Shown here: positions 18,543-28,718 of the stretch, piece by piece
How the letters are laid out: each line of letters starts with the position of its first letter
Numbering within the stretch: position 1 is the stretch's first letter
Assembly: GCA_018673485.1 (NCBI GenBank)
Contig: JABHCP010000007.1
Coordinates: 9,890 to 73,889, forward strand
Direction: 5' to 3'
Length of the DNA stretch: 64,000 bases
Source: Candidatus Uhrbacteria bacterium
Lineage (GTDB): Bacteria > Patescibacteriota > Patescibacteriia > UBA9934
Notes under the pieces: generated by a model
Seen by the model: the letters and a program-made list of their open reading frames with translations, nothing else
What the model was told of the DNA's origin: nothing
The model's database searches: none
Translations under genes and position numbers: made by a program

Positions 18543-20165
18543 ATGTCACCACCGATCACAAAAGCAGAAGTTCTAGCAACGTTTGGCGATGTTGGCTTTG
18601 CCACGATCCGTGAGCAACTGCAAAGCGCAATCGGCAACAGCGATGTCTCCCTCCTCTTGAACCAAACCGGCCTTCGCGCAAAGCTAGCCAAAGCGGCCAT
18701 GGAGCATCCGCAAGGTGCTGCTGTTGGCATTGATGTTTTGACAACTCTTGTTGGCAGAATGGCCAGCCACTACAACCCCTTGCTTGGAAAGACAGTTGAT
18801 GAGCTGGGTGAAGGTGTAGCCTACGGGCTCCGTGATCTAGCTCAAGAAGCTCGAAATGGCACAGCTATCACCGCTGGCAACGTCGAAACTGCCCTGCAAC
18901 AGGCTGACAAAACCATGGCGGTCATCAAAGAACAGCGCAGCGCAAAACTCGCTGAACTCCATGTTGGGCAGCGTCGCGCATTCTTTGCCCTTCTGCTCGC
19001 CAGCCGAGAAGAAGAGCACTTTGACAATACGCCCGCTTGGGCGCTTGACCCGCTTGCAGCACGCCGAAGGCGCCATGGCCAACGTGGATTCCGCGGACTC
19101 GAAGGTCGCGCGTTTCAGACTGAGGCTGGACTGCTCTGGTTGCTCGAAACCGACATCGAAATGCTCAAGCAAGTCCTGCCAAGCGACAAGAGCTTTGACC
19201 AGGTGTACTACTACCCTTCGCGCTGCTGCCAAGAGGCAATCACCGCGGCTACGACCTGCAAGTCTATGCCAATGCAAAAGGCGCTTGACGTCATCGACCT
19301 GATGGTCGACAAAGAAGACCTCAAGCAAAGAGCTGGCAGAACTGCTGGTTGGATCCTAGACACTGCGCGCAGTGCGGCAACCACTGCTCTGATCGCTTAT
19401 CCAGTGTTCATGATCGTCATGTTCGCGCTCTTCTTTACCGCAGCAATCATCTTCTTGGTATGCCACGCAACGCTCCTATTTGCCCCCACTGCGCCGACCT
19501 GGGCTGTTGTAACGATAATCCTGGCCTACCTTGCCTTGCTGCTCTTCCGCTACACATTTACGTTGGTGGACACATTCCATGCCTTTGTTGGCTGGCTTGT
19601 GCAACGGCTTGATGTGACGCGTGAAGATGCGCTCGTAGGCACGATCGCACGTGGCCTCTTGGGCATCTTTGGTAAAGAAGACTTGCTCAAACAGACTCCG
19701 CGTGGAGAAAAGAGGGAATACTCATGGGCAGTCCACTTTGCTGGAACGGCGTTCATCGCCGCAACAGCACTTGCCGCCCTGACCGTACTCCACTACTTTA
19801 TGGGACGAGGTATTGGCCCAGCGTTCATCATCATCCTCACAGAGCTCCTCATCCTCCTAGCAGTTGAGCTCCCACGACGAATGTCAGCCCTGATCCCGCA
19901 TAGCGACAAGATCCAGGACGCCCGTTGGATGCGGAAATGGGTGACGCGTGGTGCTGTAACACTCATCGTTCTGACGGCCATCATCTCGATTGTGGGCTGG
20001 AACACTACCAGCTGGCTCGTGAGCCAAGTTCGCTCAGAACAGGTCACGAATCCAGCCGAAGCTGGTGCTCCAGAGCACAGCTCACCTAAGCTCGAGCGCG
20101 CCTGCGCGCACTGTCGCGAACACGATGGTTGCAGCGACGTGCTCAAGGCCAAGTGTGGTCTCTAG
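18543..20165 (+). CDS. hypothetical multi-TM membrane protein
   Basis: 540-aa ORF; TTGACA-17-TAAATT promoter near 18439, AGGAG SD, terminator near 20180-20213. Confidence 0.75.
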   Translation: MSPPITKAEVLATFGDVGFATIREQLQSAIGNSDVSLLLNQTGLRAKLAKAAMEHPQGAAVGIDVLTTLVGRMASHYNPLLGKTVDELGEGVAYGLRDLAQEARNGTAITAGNVETALQQADKTMAVIKEQRSAKLAELHVGQRRAFFALLLASREEEHFDNTPAWALDPLAARRRRHGQRGFRGLEGRAFQTEAGLLWLLETDIEMLKQVLPSDKSFDQVYYYPSRCCQEAITAATTCKSMPMQKALDVIDLMVDKEDLKQRAGRTAGWILDTARSAATTALIAYPVFMIVMFALFFTAAIIFLVCHATLLFAPTAPTWAVVTIILAYLALLLFRYTFTLVDTFHAFVGWLVQRLDVTREDALVGTIARGLLGIFGKEDLLKQTPRGEKREYSWAVHFAGTAFIAATALAALTVLHYFMGRGIGPAFIIILTELLILLAVELPRRMSALIPHSDKIQDARWMRKWVTRGAVTLIVLTAIISIVGWNTTSWLVSQVRSEQVTNPAEAGAPEHSSPKLERACAHCREHDGCSDVLKAKCGL

Positions 20166-20393
20166 GTAGCTCCCGACTCGCCCGCCCCCTCCCTCGTGAG
20201 GTGTGGCGGGTTTGTGCTTGGGGCAGAATACAGCCGAAGGTCCTGAGCGAGCAAAGCGAGTCGAAGGGAACCCAGCTCATTAAGCTAAACTTCCCAGGTT
20301 GAACCTCTGAGGTTCAACCTTGGTTTCATAATGACACAGTAGAAACAAAAAAACCCCCGAGGTTAGTCAGGGGTTTTCTTTTCTTCTTTTTTG

Positions 20394-20774
20394 CTAACCA
20401 GCGAGGCCTGCAGTGGTCAGTGACGTAATCACGAAGTTTGAAATCGCGTACGCTGCCAAAAGGATAATTAATCCGATTACAGCATTGATCATGATGTCCT
20501 TTGCCTTTTGAGTCTTGTCTGACTCACCACCGGCTGTCATCCACAAGAATCCTGCGTAGATAACAAGAACTAGCAAGATGATTCCCAATAGAGTAAGGAA
20601 AACTTTGATCAGGTCTCCGATCGTCGCGGCAAGTGGCTCGTCTGAGAACTCTGCAGCTAAAGCTGCACTATCAAGCTCAGTACTAATGTCCTGTGCGTGA
20701 ACTGGTGCTGCAAGCATTGGAACTGACAACAGTCCGATTGCGAGCAATGCGCCTAGTTTTTTGAGATATCCCAT
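20394..20774 (-). CDS. TrbC/VirB2-like pilin
   Basis: Signal peptide, IYAGFLWMTAGG...KAK..INAVIGLIII. Confidence 0.88.
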   Translation of the reverse strand: MGYLKKLGALLAIGLLSVPMLAAPVHAQDISTELDSAALAAEFSDEPLAATIGDLIKVFLTLLGIILLVLVIYAGFLWMTAGGESDKTQKAKDIMINAVIGLIILLAAYAISNFVITSLTTAGLAG

Positions 20775-20836
20775 AGTAATAAATTAATAACTCTTTTAAT
20801 TAGTAATCTTATTTTAACATTTTTTGTAATCCTACG

Positions 20837-21190
20837 CTATATAGCCAACTGTATAGAATCGATAACGAAATTCGAAATTGCATACGCTGCCAATAGGATA
20901 ATTAGTCCAATCACGGCATTGATCATGAAATCTTTTGCCTTCTTAGTCTTATCCGTCTCACCACCAGCTGTCATCCACAGGAATCCTGCGTAGATCATTA
21001 TCAACAATAATATTATACCGAGTATCGAAAGCGCAACACCGATTATACCACCAATCATTACTGGCAAAGTAGCCTCTGAGAACCCGACTTGACCCTGCGC
21101 ATCGTCAACTTGGCTAGTGAAATCAAGCGCCCAAACAGTCACGGGGCTCGCCAGCACCAAACAAACAATTGAAAAAACTAACTTCTTCAT
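20837..21190 (-). CDS. TrbC/VirB2-like pilin
   Basis: Start at MKKLVF; YAGFLWMTAGG motif. Confidence 0.88.
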   Translation of the reverse strand: MKKLVFSIVCLVLASPVTVWALDFTSQVDDAQGQVGFSEATLPVMIGGIIGVALSILGIILLLIMIYAGFLWMTAGGETDKTKKAKDFMINAVIGLIILLAAYAISNFVIDSIQLAI

Positions 21191-21555
21191 AATGATGGGG
21201 CGTTGAGCGCTGTAAAGATGTATGTCGTAATGGCGTATGCTGCTGTGATAATTATTACACCGATCACAGCACGAATCATTAAGTCTTTTGCTTTTTGAAC
21301 TTGATCGGAGGCTCCACCGGCTGTCATCCATAGGAATCCCGCGTATACCATCAGTACCAAAAAGATCAGACCAACGAGCGCTAATGCTGGGGTAATAATC
21401 TTAGTTCCAACCCATTGACCAAGAGTTTGATCAAGAGTTCCATAAACCTCGGCACCTGTAGCATCCAAGCCAGTTTCGGATGGATCTAGCTGCGCAAAGA
21501 CAAGTGTGGGGCCAAGAAGCAGCGCAACGGCTGCAAGGGCGATGTATTTTCGCAT
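21187..21555 (-). CDS. TrbC/VirB2-like pilin
   Basis: Start at MRKYIA; YAGFLWMTAGG motif. Confidence 0.88.
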   Translation of the reverse strand: MRKYIALAAVALLLGPTLVFAQLDPSETGLDATGAEVYGTLDQTLGQWVGTKIITPALALVGLIFLVLMVYAGFLWMTAGGASDQVQKAKDLMIRAVIGVIIITAAYAITTYIFTALNAPSL

Positions 21556-21601
21556 AGCCAAGTGCCAGCACGTATGTGCTGGCAAAAGGTCATAAGAAAA
21601 T

Positions 21602-22006
21602 TTAACCAGCTGAGGCGGTAATCACGGAATCGATCACAAAACTTGTAATCGCAAACGCTGACAAGATAATCGCCAGTCCGATAACACCAGCAATTAAGAG
21701 TCGTTTCGCTTCCGAGACTTTGTCTTCGTTTCCACTTGCTGTCATCCACTTAAATCCACCCAAGAGAACCATTACTACTGCAATAATTCCAAGGAATCCA
21801 AGGAAAACGCGAATAAGATTCCCAATAGTCTCTTTTAGGTTGGCTTGTCCGAGCCCTGAACTATCTGAAAAATCGTCATCAAAGAAATCTGAAGTATCAA
21901 GTTGCTGTGCGTGAGCAACAGGAACGTTTGTAGCGAAAGTCATTGTTCCCAACAGAGGGATCGCTACTAAGAAACTAAGTGCGAATAGTGATAGCGCTTT
22001 TGTCAT
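21602..22006 (-). CDS. TrbC/VirB2-like pilin
   Basis: GGFKWMTASGNEDKVSEAK motif. Confidence 0.88.
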   Translation of the reverse strand: MTKALSLFALSFLVAIPLLGTMTFATNVPVAHAQQLDTSDFFDDDFSDSSGLGQANLKETIGNLIRVFLGFLGIIAVVMVLLGGFKWMTASGNEDKVSEAKRLLIAGVIGLAIILSAFAITSFVIDSVITASAG

Positions 22007-22132
22007 AGTGTTTTATGATTAATAATATTAAATAGTTGAATCGCTCGATTATATCTCGCTTGTTGAAGATGTTTAAGTTGTTTATTTCAGAGTAAACACT
22101 TTAAACACCTTCAACAATTTAAACATCAGCTC

Positions 22133-22468
22133 TTAGACGCTTCCAGTCAGAACTGCGCTGAAGATTGCGTCTGTTAAAACATACGCTCCAGCAATCAGGA
22201 TGATCCCCAGAGTCGCCCAAACCAAAATGTCCTTTCCCTTTTTCACCTGATCTCCTTTTCCCATGTCTGTAAGCCACAGGATGCCACCATATACAAACAT
22301 CAGAAGCGCCAATGTTCCGGCAACGGACAATGCGCCGCTAATAACTGTTCCGATGATCACTCGTACATCGTTCTCACCCAAAGGATTAGTAAGAGTGACC
22401 TGAGCTTGTGCTATATATGGCATAGCCAGCGCTCCTACACTCACGATAATAGCCTTAATCTTTTTCAT
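22133..22468 (-). CDS. TrbC/VirB2-like pilin
   Basis: LTNPLG; YGGILWLT..G...VKKGK..WATLG. Confidence 0.85.
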   Translation of the reverse strand: MKKIKAIIVSVGALAMPYIAQAQVTLTNPLGENDVRVIIGTVISGALSVAGTLALLMFVYGGILWLTDMGKGDQVKKGKDILVWATLGIILIAGAYVLTDAIFSAVLTGSV

Positions 22469-22491
22469 AGAAATATTATATCAAGATTTTT

Positions 22492-22992
22492 CTATTGCGT
22501 CTGAATGATATCCGCAGCCCCGGCGCCATCTACTGCATTATCGATTGTATCTTCAATATCCGTCGTTGGAATCTCTCCAGTTGTAATAACAGAAACGACA
22601 ACGTTAATAACGGCATATGCACCCATAATAATCGCCAATCCCACCAAGGCTCCGATAATCGCCTTCTTTCCTTCGTCCACCATTCCAGCTTCACCATGGG
22701 CTAGAATCCACTTCATACCTCCATAAACTAAAATGAACATCATCACAGAACCAGTGATTCCAAAGATGAAAACGCTCAAATTAACTAAAAGCTGCATCAT
22801 GTCCTCGAGCGTACACTTACCATGGTCTCTGCATTCGCACGCTGCACTCGCGCTTGAACAAATACCGGCAAAGATAAGTCCCTGATCTTGAATCTCGGCA
22901 TACCTACCTGCGATTGATTGAGCCTGAACACTAGGCACAAAAACACCCAGCATCGCAAAGGACAATAAAAATGTTAATGCATACTTTTTCAT
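22492..22992 (-). CDS. TrbC/VirB2-like pilin with Cys-containing N-terminal insert
   Basis: YGGMKWILAHGE...GKKAI.GALVG. Confidence 0.82.
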   Translation of the reverse strand: MKKYALTFLLSFAMLGVFVPSVQAQSIAGRYAEIQDQGLIFAGICSSASAACECRDHGKCTLEDMMQLLVNLSVFIFGITGSVMMFILVYGGMKWILAHGEAGMVDEGKKAIIGALVGLAIIMGAYAVINVVVSVITTGEIPTTDIEDTIDNAVDGAGAADIIQTQ

Positions 22993-23123
22993 ACGGTATT
23001 ATTATAACACGGAGTATGCAGTAGGCGGTATACAGCCGTGCCCGCCCGAAGCCCAGAGGGCGAAGGAGGGTGCTCAGTGCATAAATCAAAAAACCGGCGT
23101 CTACCGGTTCTTTTAATGTTCGA

Positions 23124-24200
23124 TTATTTTGACAACTCTTTTTTGAACCACTCTACGTGTGGGATGTCGATTGGATCAACTTTATTGAGCATGGCTAGAT
23201 AATAACTCGCAAAACTTCCGAACTGCAACACTTCTGCTACCTCTTCAAACTTCGACGCGCCTCGCGCTTCATACTCAATCACTTCAGCACCCAACTTTTC
23301 AAAAATTTTCGCAGTGATAGGTACACGTTTTTGAACCCTAGTGTGATAATGACCAGACTTTAAAATCAAAACTGTAAATTTTGAAAACATTCCCTTTGGA
23401 AAAGCAAGCCCCTCCATGAGGTGATGATTCAATTCTGGTAATTCGTGCAACTGCGCAAACTGCTTTGCAGTTTCATTGATCTGATTTACCAGAACATGTG
23501 CAACGCCTGTTAAATGTTCAGCGCCAACAATGAACATTGGTCGCCCCTTTAGAGCTTGCGCAACTTGCTTCGCTGGATTCTCTTTTTCCGACACATCAAG
23601 CGCACAACTATCAACTACCTCGATCATCGCACTGACCAAGGCCAACTTTTCTTTCTTAGAGATCTTTACCAAACCAACAGATTCCAATAGCCCTAGCATC
23701 CCAGCAACTGAAAATCCGATTCCGAGTCTTGGCTCCTTAGCTAGGTCGCCAGGTTTAAAGATATAAGCTGGGTACTTCTGACGCTTGGCAAGAGATGCAA
23801 GCTTTCCGCCACTGGCAATCACCATTACTTTTGCACCGCGCGCTTTTGCTTGCTTGGCTGCATATAATACCTCCTCCGTATTTCCTGAAAAGCTCGAGAG
23901 TATCACCAATGTTTTTGAATTAACCCATTTTGGCAAACTATATCCGCGCATTAGATCAATCGAAGCCTTAAGTCGATCTGAAAGCCCGGTCTGCAACACA
24001 TGGCCACCCAAAGAAGATCCCCCCATCCCAATAATTAAAACGTGATCGACCGCTTTATAAGCCTTAGGTACGTTTACGGTTTCAACACCCTCAAACGCCG
24101 CTTTCAATTGCTGACTGAGCCTCTCGACTCCAAATGCAATGTCAGCACTGTCGTACTTTGTGAAAGTCTTTGGGTTATCCAATGGATTTATTGTGCTCAT
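23124..24200 (-). CDS. bifunctional phosphoglucose/phosphomannose isomerase (SIS)
   Basis: GMGGSSLGG, SSFSGNTEE, NQINETAK and PELNHH motifs. Confidence 0.9.
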   Translation of the reverse strand: MSTINPLDNPKTFTKYDSADIAFGVERLSQQLKAAFEGVETVNVPKAYKAVDHVLIIGMGGSSLGGHVLQTGLSDRLKASIDLMRGYSLPKWVNSKTLVILSSFSGNTEEVLYAAKQAKARGAKVMVIASGGKLASLAKRQKYPAYIFKPGDLAKEPRLGIGFSVAGMLGLLESVGLVKISKKEKLALVSAMIEVVDSCALDVSEKENPAKQVAQALKGRPMFIVGAEHLTGVAHVLVNQINETAKQFAQLHELPELNHHLMEGLAFPKGMFSKFTVLILKSGHYHTRVQKRVPITAKIFEKLGAEVIEYEARGASKFEEVAEVLQFGSFASYYLAMLNKVDPIDIPHVEWFKKELSK

Positions 24201-25359
24201 AGAGTTTCTTTTCTTGAATTGCTTTTGTAATTTTTGCACGCTCTGGAGTTAGACCAAGTATTACCGCTCCCACAGTCCTACCGCCTCGATCAAATAATTC
24301 GATGGTTGATCCTTCTTGCTCCAACATACGAACGTCCTGCGCGATTGACCTATCGGTATCTCCGATGAATGTAATCTCGATATCTCCGAGCCGTGTTGCA
24401 TACGAACTTACAAATTCGTAATCGCACTTATCGCCCAAAGCATTGGTCGCTGCACACCTTCCTTGCATGATTGCGTTGGTCCAATTCCCTATGTGCATTG
24501 CTCGGTCCATAATACCATCTTCAAACTCGCAAACGTCACCGATGGTGTAGATATCTTCCTGAACCTCCAAAGACTTACTGCAAGTCACTCCACGCTCAAC
24601 ATCAAATCCAGACTCAATAACCCACTGTCCATCCGTTTGCACACCAACACCAACTGCTAAAATAGATCCGCCGATCTCCACGCCGCTTGAAAGCTTCACT
24701 CCCTCAAATTCTGACTCACCTAAAATATCAAAGGTCTCGTTTATATGAATATCAATGCCTAATTCACGTGCTTTATTGAACAATTTCTCTTGCGACTCTT
24801 GTGATATGACTCGCGACCAAAATCCACCAGAGCGCAAAATGATAGAAATTGGAATATCCAGCGCTTGAGCAATATGAATGTACTCCATGGAAATAAACGC
24901 ACCGCCCACAACAATAATTCTCCTTTGCTCCTTTGGTTTGGTTCTAAGATGTGCGATTGATGACTTTAGAATCTCCGCATCATCGAGTGTGCGAAAATAT
25001 GCGATCCCGCGCATATCGACCTCAAGCATTTTTGGTTGCTGTCCAGTCGCAACTATCAACTTGTCGTAGGGAATTTCACGCTTCTCTGACGTTTCCACAA
25101 ACTTATTCTTTGAATCAATCCTAAGCACTCGAGCTTCACTCATGAGTTCTATATTTTTGTCCGTATACCATTTCTCACTTTTTAAAAATAACCGATCACG
25201 ATCAATCTCGTCGGTTACATATTTTGCCAATAAAATTTTGGAATAAAGCCGATGCGGCTCCTGCTCAATAATCGTAATTTCAGCACTCGCATCTTGCCTG
25301 CGAATCTCCTCAGCTGCCGTAGTCCCCGCAACACCCCCACCAATAATGACAAATTTCAT
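24175..25359 (-). CDS. NAD(P)/FAD-dependent oxidoreductase (ferredoxin/rubredoxin reductase-like)
   Basis: IIGGGVAG, YDKLIVATG, VVGGAFI and IYTIGD motifs. Confidence 0.88.
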   Translation of the reverse strand: MKFVIIGGGVAGTTAAEEIRRQDASAEITIIEQEPHRLYSKILLAKYVTDEIDRDRLFLKSEKWYTDKNIELMSEARVLRIDSKNKFVETSEKREIPYDKLIVATGQQPKMLEVDMRGIAYFRTLDDAEILKSSIAHLRTKPKEQRRIIVVGGAFISMEYIHIAQALDIPISIILRSGGFWSRVISQESQEKLFNKARELGIDIHINETFDILGESEFEGVKLSSGVEIGGSILAVGVGVQTDGQWVIESGFDVERGVTCSKSLEVQEDIYTIGDVCEFEDGIMDRAMHIGNWTNAIMQGRCAATNALGDKCDYEFVSSYATRLGDIEITFIGDTDRSIAQDVRMLEQEGSTIELFDRGGRTVGAVILGLTPERAKITKAIQEKKLYEHNKSIG

Positions 25360-25704
25360 ATGATTTTTTATTATTAGAACCACCTTTTATCTCTCGCTTC
25401 AGTCCCCCGGCAATGTTCCGCCAGTTAGCCCCCGTTCATTCATTGTCAAATCACCCCGTCTGAGAGGGAGCCTGTTGTAAATACTGAGCCTGTCGAAGTG
25501 CCGACCGAACTGGCAATCAGTTCATTCATAGTCACCCAAAAACATTGACTGCAGGCCGCATCATTCTTTGTGGCCGTGGGACTCTCTGAAAAGGCTCTTT
25601 TCCGGCGGAGCCGGACCTGGCTCCGCCATGGCTTTGCTTACTTTCTTTGAGGCGAACAAAGAAAGTAAGTCGGGTGGTTTGGAGGGTGAAACGCCTCCAA
25701 TGTG

Positions 25705-25971
25705 TTAAACCTCAGGGTACAACTGCTTTCCATCCTCACCGGTAACAATCACAGCAAGTGTAGGACAACTCTGCGCCGCCATCAATACTCGATCTAATTC
25801 TTCTTGCGTAACTTCAACTTCGCGCTCGTACTTTGATTCATCAGCTGCTTTTCCATGATCGAGAACGTATGCTTTATTCTCATCATTCATCTCAAAACTT
25901 GAATCGTCAATCGCTACACAACTTGCAGCGCCAATACACAAATCTGGGTCTACTTTGATTGTAATTTTCAT
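25705..25971 (-). CDS. ferredoxin (probably [3Fe-4S] type)
   Basis: CIGAASC...CP with Ala in place of the second Cys. Confidence 0.85.
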   Translation of the reverse strand: MKITIKVDPDLCIGAASCVAIDDSSFEMNDENKAYVLDHGKAADESKYEREVEVTQEELDRVLMAAQSCPTLAVIVTGEDGKQLYPEV

Positions 25972-26093
25972 AGTTTTATTTATCTAGCCCCTCCCCCTTT
26001 TTCCTCAAGGGGGAGCTGGAGGGGGTTTCTAATCTTTAAAATCAGACCTTATTGACCTCCCCTGACCCATCCTTTTGAAGGAGGGAATTTATA

Positions 26094-26591
26094 TTACTTA
26101 ATTGATCTTATTTTATCAGATTGTTCAGTTCTGCGATAATAATCATCAATCGCGTCACGCAATGCCTGATCGGCTAGTACTGAACAATGAATTTTGCGCG
26201 GAGGCAAACCACCAAGACGTTTTACAATATCCTGAGGTTTGAGATTGCGAGCCTCATCAATGGTTAATCCGTTATTTTCAGTGGCAATTACTGATGTTAT
26301 CGAAGTTGCAGCAATAGCCGACGCACATCCAAACGTCTTCCACCAAAACCTTTTAATCTTTTCATCTTTTGGATCGATCCATAACCAAATTTTCAGCTCA
26401 TCGCCACAAGCCGGTGACCCAACACGGCCCACAGCATTATATTCGCTTTCCTTAAGCTCCCCTTCCAAAAAATTCTGTGGTTTAAAAAAGTGCTCTTTAA
26501 CAATATCTGAATAAAACCATGAGTGCGACTTATCCGCGCTCACAATATCACCCTTGGTGCCCTTAACTTCTTTAGCCTTGTAGTCCGTCAT
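26094..26591 (-). CDS. iscU: Fe-S cluster scaffold IscU/NifU-N
   Basis: GSPACGD, TFGCASAIA and LPPRKIHCSVLA motifs. Confidence 0.92.
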   Translation of the reverse strand: MTDYKAKEVKGTKGDIVSADKSHSWFYSDIVKEHFFKPQNFLEGELKESEYNAVGRVGSPACGDELKIWLWIDPKDEKIKRFWWKTFGCASAIAATSITSVIATENNGLTIDEARNLKPQDIVKRLGGLPPRKIHCSVLADQALRDAIDDYYRRTEQSDKIRSIK

Positions 26592-27210
26592 GTACTTTTT
26601 GTTTAACTTGATCAAAAATCAACAATACTTTTTCACATTTCCTTGGATCGACAACCAACTTATCATACTCATTCAACCAACGTTCTTTGATTGTGGGATC
26701 GATTTCTTGATACCAGTCCAGAAGTGGTTGATATGCCTCTAGTCGAGCTGGTTTATTCGTATAAACGTCTTTTTGCAAATCATACCATTTAAAAATCTTG
26801 TTCTTAGACTCTTGGTTCGGGGAATCGTGAACTACTATCTGCGACATCAAGTCTGCACTTACACCCATCACGCGCCATGATTCAATATCTTCATATAATT
26901 TCGCAGCCGTAACCTTATACCAAGCATCAGAAGACGCAGATTCTATTAAATCAATATTGAAAACTTTCTTTAAGAGCTCTCCGCCTAGCTTGTCATAGAT
27001 CACATGAATCTTCCAACCTTTTTCAAAATCAGTGCCTGTGAGCAAATCTTTGGGTTCGATTGAATAATCGTGCGTACACGCTCTATCAATACCGGTTGTG
27101 TACCGAGAATCAGGATACATCACTCCCGCAAGATACTCACCCTGATTCACAATTCCAAGCAACCCCTCAAACTCGAGCGCAAATCTTACATGTGTTGCCT
27201 GCATTGCCAT
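26572..27210 (-). CDS. hypothetical protein, possible Zn-dependent phospholipase C/HD-like hydrolase
   Basis: TH...YLAG..YPD..TH...GW.IH..YD metal-ligand pattern. Confidence 0.55.
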   Translation of the reverse strand: MAMQATHVRFALEFEGLLGIVNQGEYLAGVMYPDSRYTTGIDRACTHDYSIEPKDLLTGTDFEKGWKIHVIYDKLGGELLKKVFNIDLIESASSDAWYKVTAAKLYEDIESWRVMGVSADLMSQIVVHDSPNQESKNKIFKWYDLQKDVYTNKPARLEAYQPLLDWYQEIDPTIKERWLNEYDKLVVDPRKCEKVLLIFDQVKQKVHDGLQG

Positions 27211-27226
27211 ACCTGTTTAATAAATC

Positions 27227-27268
27227 ACGGTTTCACTAATTGAACGATCGTTCAATTAGTGAAACCGT
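27227..27268. repeat. perfect 42-bp palindrome centred on CGATCG
   Basis: acggtttcactaattgaacga|tcgttcaattagtgaaaccgt. Confidence 0.95.
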
Positions 27269-27285
27269 CCGATCTTCGTAATATG

Positions 27286-28491
27286 TTAATTCGTATACTC
27301 GATTGATGTTTTCACTGGACTCATCTTGCGCAAGCGCTCGACGATCTCTGGAAGAACTTCAAGTACGCGTTTCAGATCTTTCTTTGTTGTTGACCGGCCT
27401 AGGCTGAAGCGTAAACTTCCGTGTGCTACTGCGAAGGGAACTCCAAGGGCTAAAATCACATGGCTTGGATCCAACTTTTCGCTTGTGCACGCTGACCCTG
27501 AAGATGCGTAAATACCTCGCGCATCAAGATAGAGCAAAAGCGCCTCGCCCTCTACATCTAAAAATGAAATGTTGATGTTGTTAGGAAGTCTGTCTATTGC
27601 GTGACCGTTAAGTCGAACTTTTGGAACTCGCTCCTTAACCTCATCAATAAAATAATCTCGAAGTTTTGTGAGACGCTTAACTTCTCGCTCTCGATCACTG
27701 CGAGCCAGCTCAACCGCCTTTGCAAATCCAACTATCCCTGCAACATTCTCGGTTCCTGGTCGAAGCCTACGCTCCTGAGAACCACCAAACATAATTGGCT
27801 CTATCTTGACTCCACGTTTGATGAACAATGCACCCGCACCCTTCGGTCCGTAAATCTTTGAGGAGTTGACTGTCATCAAATCAACGTGCAGAGCCTCAAC
27901 TCGCATGTCCAAATACCCAAATGCCTGACAGGCGTCGGTGTGGAAAAGCGGATATGATGTTTTATTTTGTTTTTTGTATTTATTTATTGCTCGTCCAATA
28001 TCTGCCAGCGGATGAATCGTACCGATCTCATTATTCGCATACATGATTGAAACTAAAATCGTATCATCACGTAATGCTTTTTCAACGTCGCTAATCGAAA
28101 CACGTCCGTACTCATCGACATTCAACAATGTCACCTCAAACCCCTCCTTCTCCTCCAAATGTCGAAGCGCCTCAAGAACGGCTGGGTGCTCAGTCACGCA
28201 CGAGACGATGTGCCTACCGCTATCCTTATGAGCTCGAGCAGCTCCTAAAATTGCCATGTTGTCAGACTCAGTTCCACTGCCTGTAAAAATAATCTCGTCA
28301 GCTCGTGCGTCCATCGCGTCAGCCACCATCTTTCGAGCGCTCTCGATTAAATCTCGAGCCTCCTTACCCTTCATGTGCATGCTCGACGGATTGCCTAGCC
28401 CTAGATTCTCTATCTTACGCATCAAATCAACCACCTCTTTGCGAGTTGGCGTTACAGCAGCGTGATCAAGATAAATTTGTGACTTTTTCAT
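27286..28491 (-). CDS. iscS: cysteine desulfurase
   Basis: IYLDHAAVTP, GNPSS, ANNEIGT, HTDACQ, SSKIYGPKG and SSGSAC motifs. Confidence 0.95.
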   Translation of the reverse strand: MKKSQIYLDHAAVTPTRKEVVDLMRKIENLGLGNPSSMHMKGKEARDLIESARKMVADAMDARADEIIFTGSGTESDNMAILGAARAHKDSGRHIVSCVTEHPAVLEALRHLEEKEGFEVTLLNVDEYGRVSISDVEKALRDDTILVSIMYANNEIGTIHPLADIGRAINKYKKQNKTSYPLFHTDACQAFGYLDMRVEALHVDLMTVNSSKIYGPKGAGALFIKRGVKIEPIMFGGSQERRLRPGTENVAGIVGFAKAVELARSDREREVKRLTKLRDYFIDEVKERVPKVRLNGHAIDRLPNNINISFLDVEGEALLLYLDARGIYASSGSACTSEKLDPSHVILALGVPFAVAHGSLRFSLGRSTTKKDLKRVLEVLPEIVERLRKMSPVKTSIEYTN

Positions 28492-28718
28492 AAATTACAT
28501 GTTTCACATATTGGACGATCGTCAACATTGTGAAACATTTCAAATAAGCTAACTGTCTTCTTTAATGGCCTAGGATATGTGTTTTTATGCCTTCTGTCAA
28601 CAATTCTACCACGGAGCGTGTTGGTTGACAGTTTGTCACTTTTTAGCTAATCTAATCAGCCGTTCCTACGTATTTCGCCCCATTAACCACCGCTGCGCTA
28701 TATGCGCTGAGGATACCC

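Noticed and set aside
20296-20321. aggttgaacct..aggttcaacct palindromes (also 48261-48286) as a specific operator
   Set aside because: They sit between unrelated genes next to other REPs; more simply another dispersed REP family
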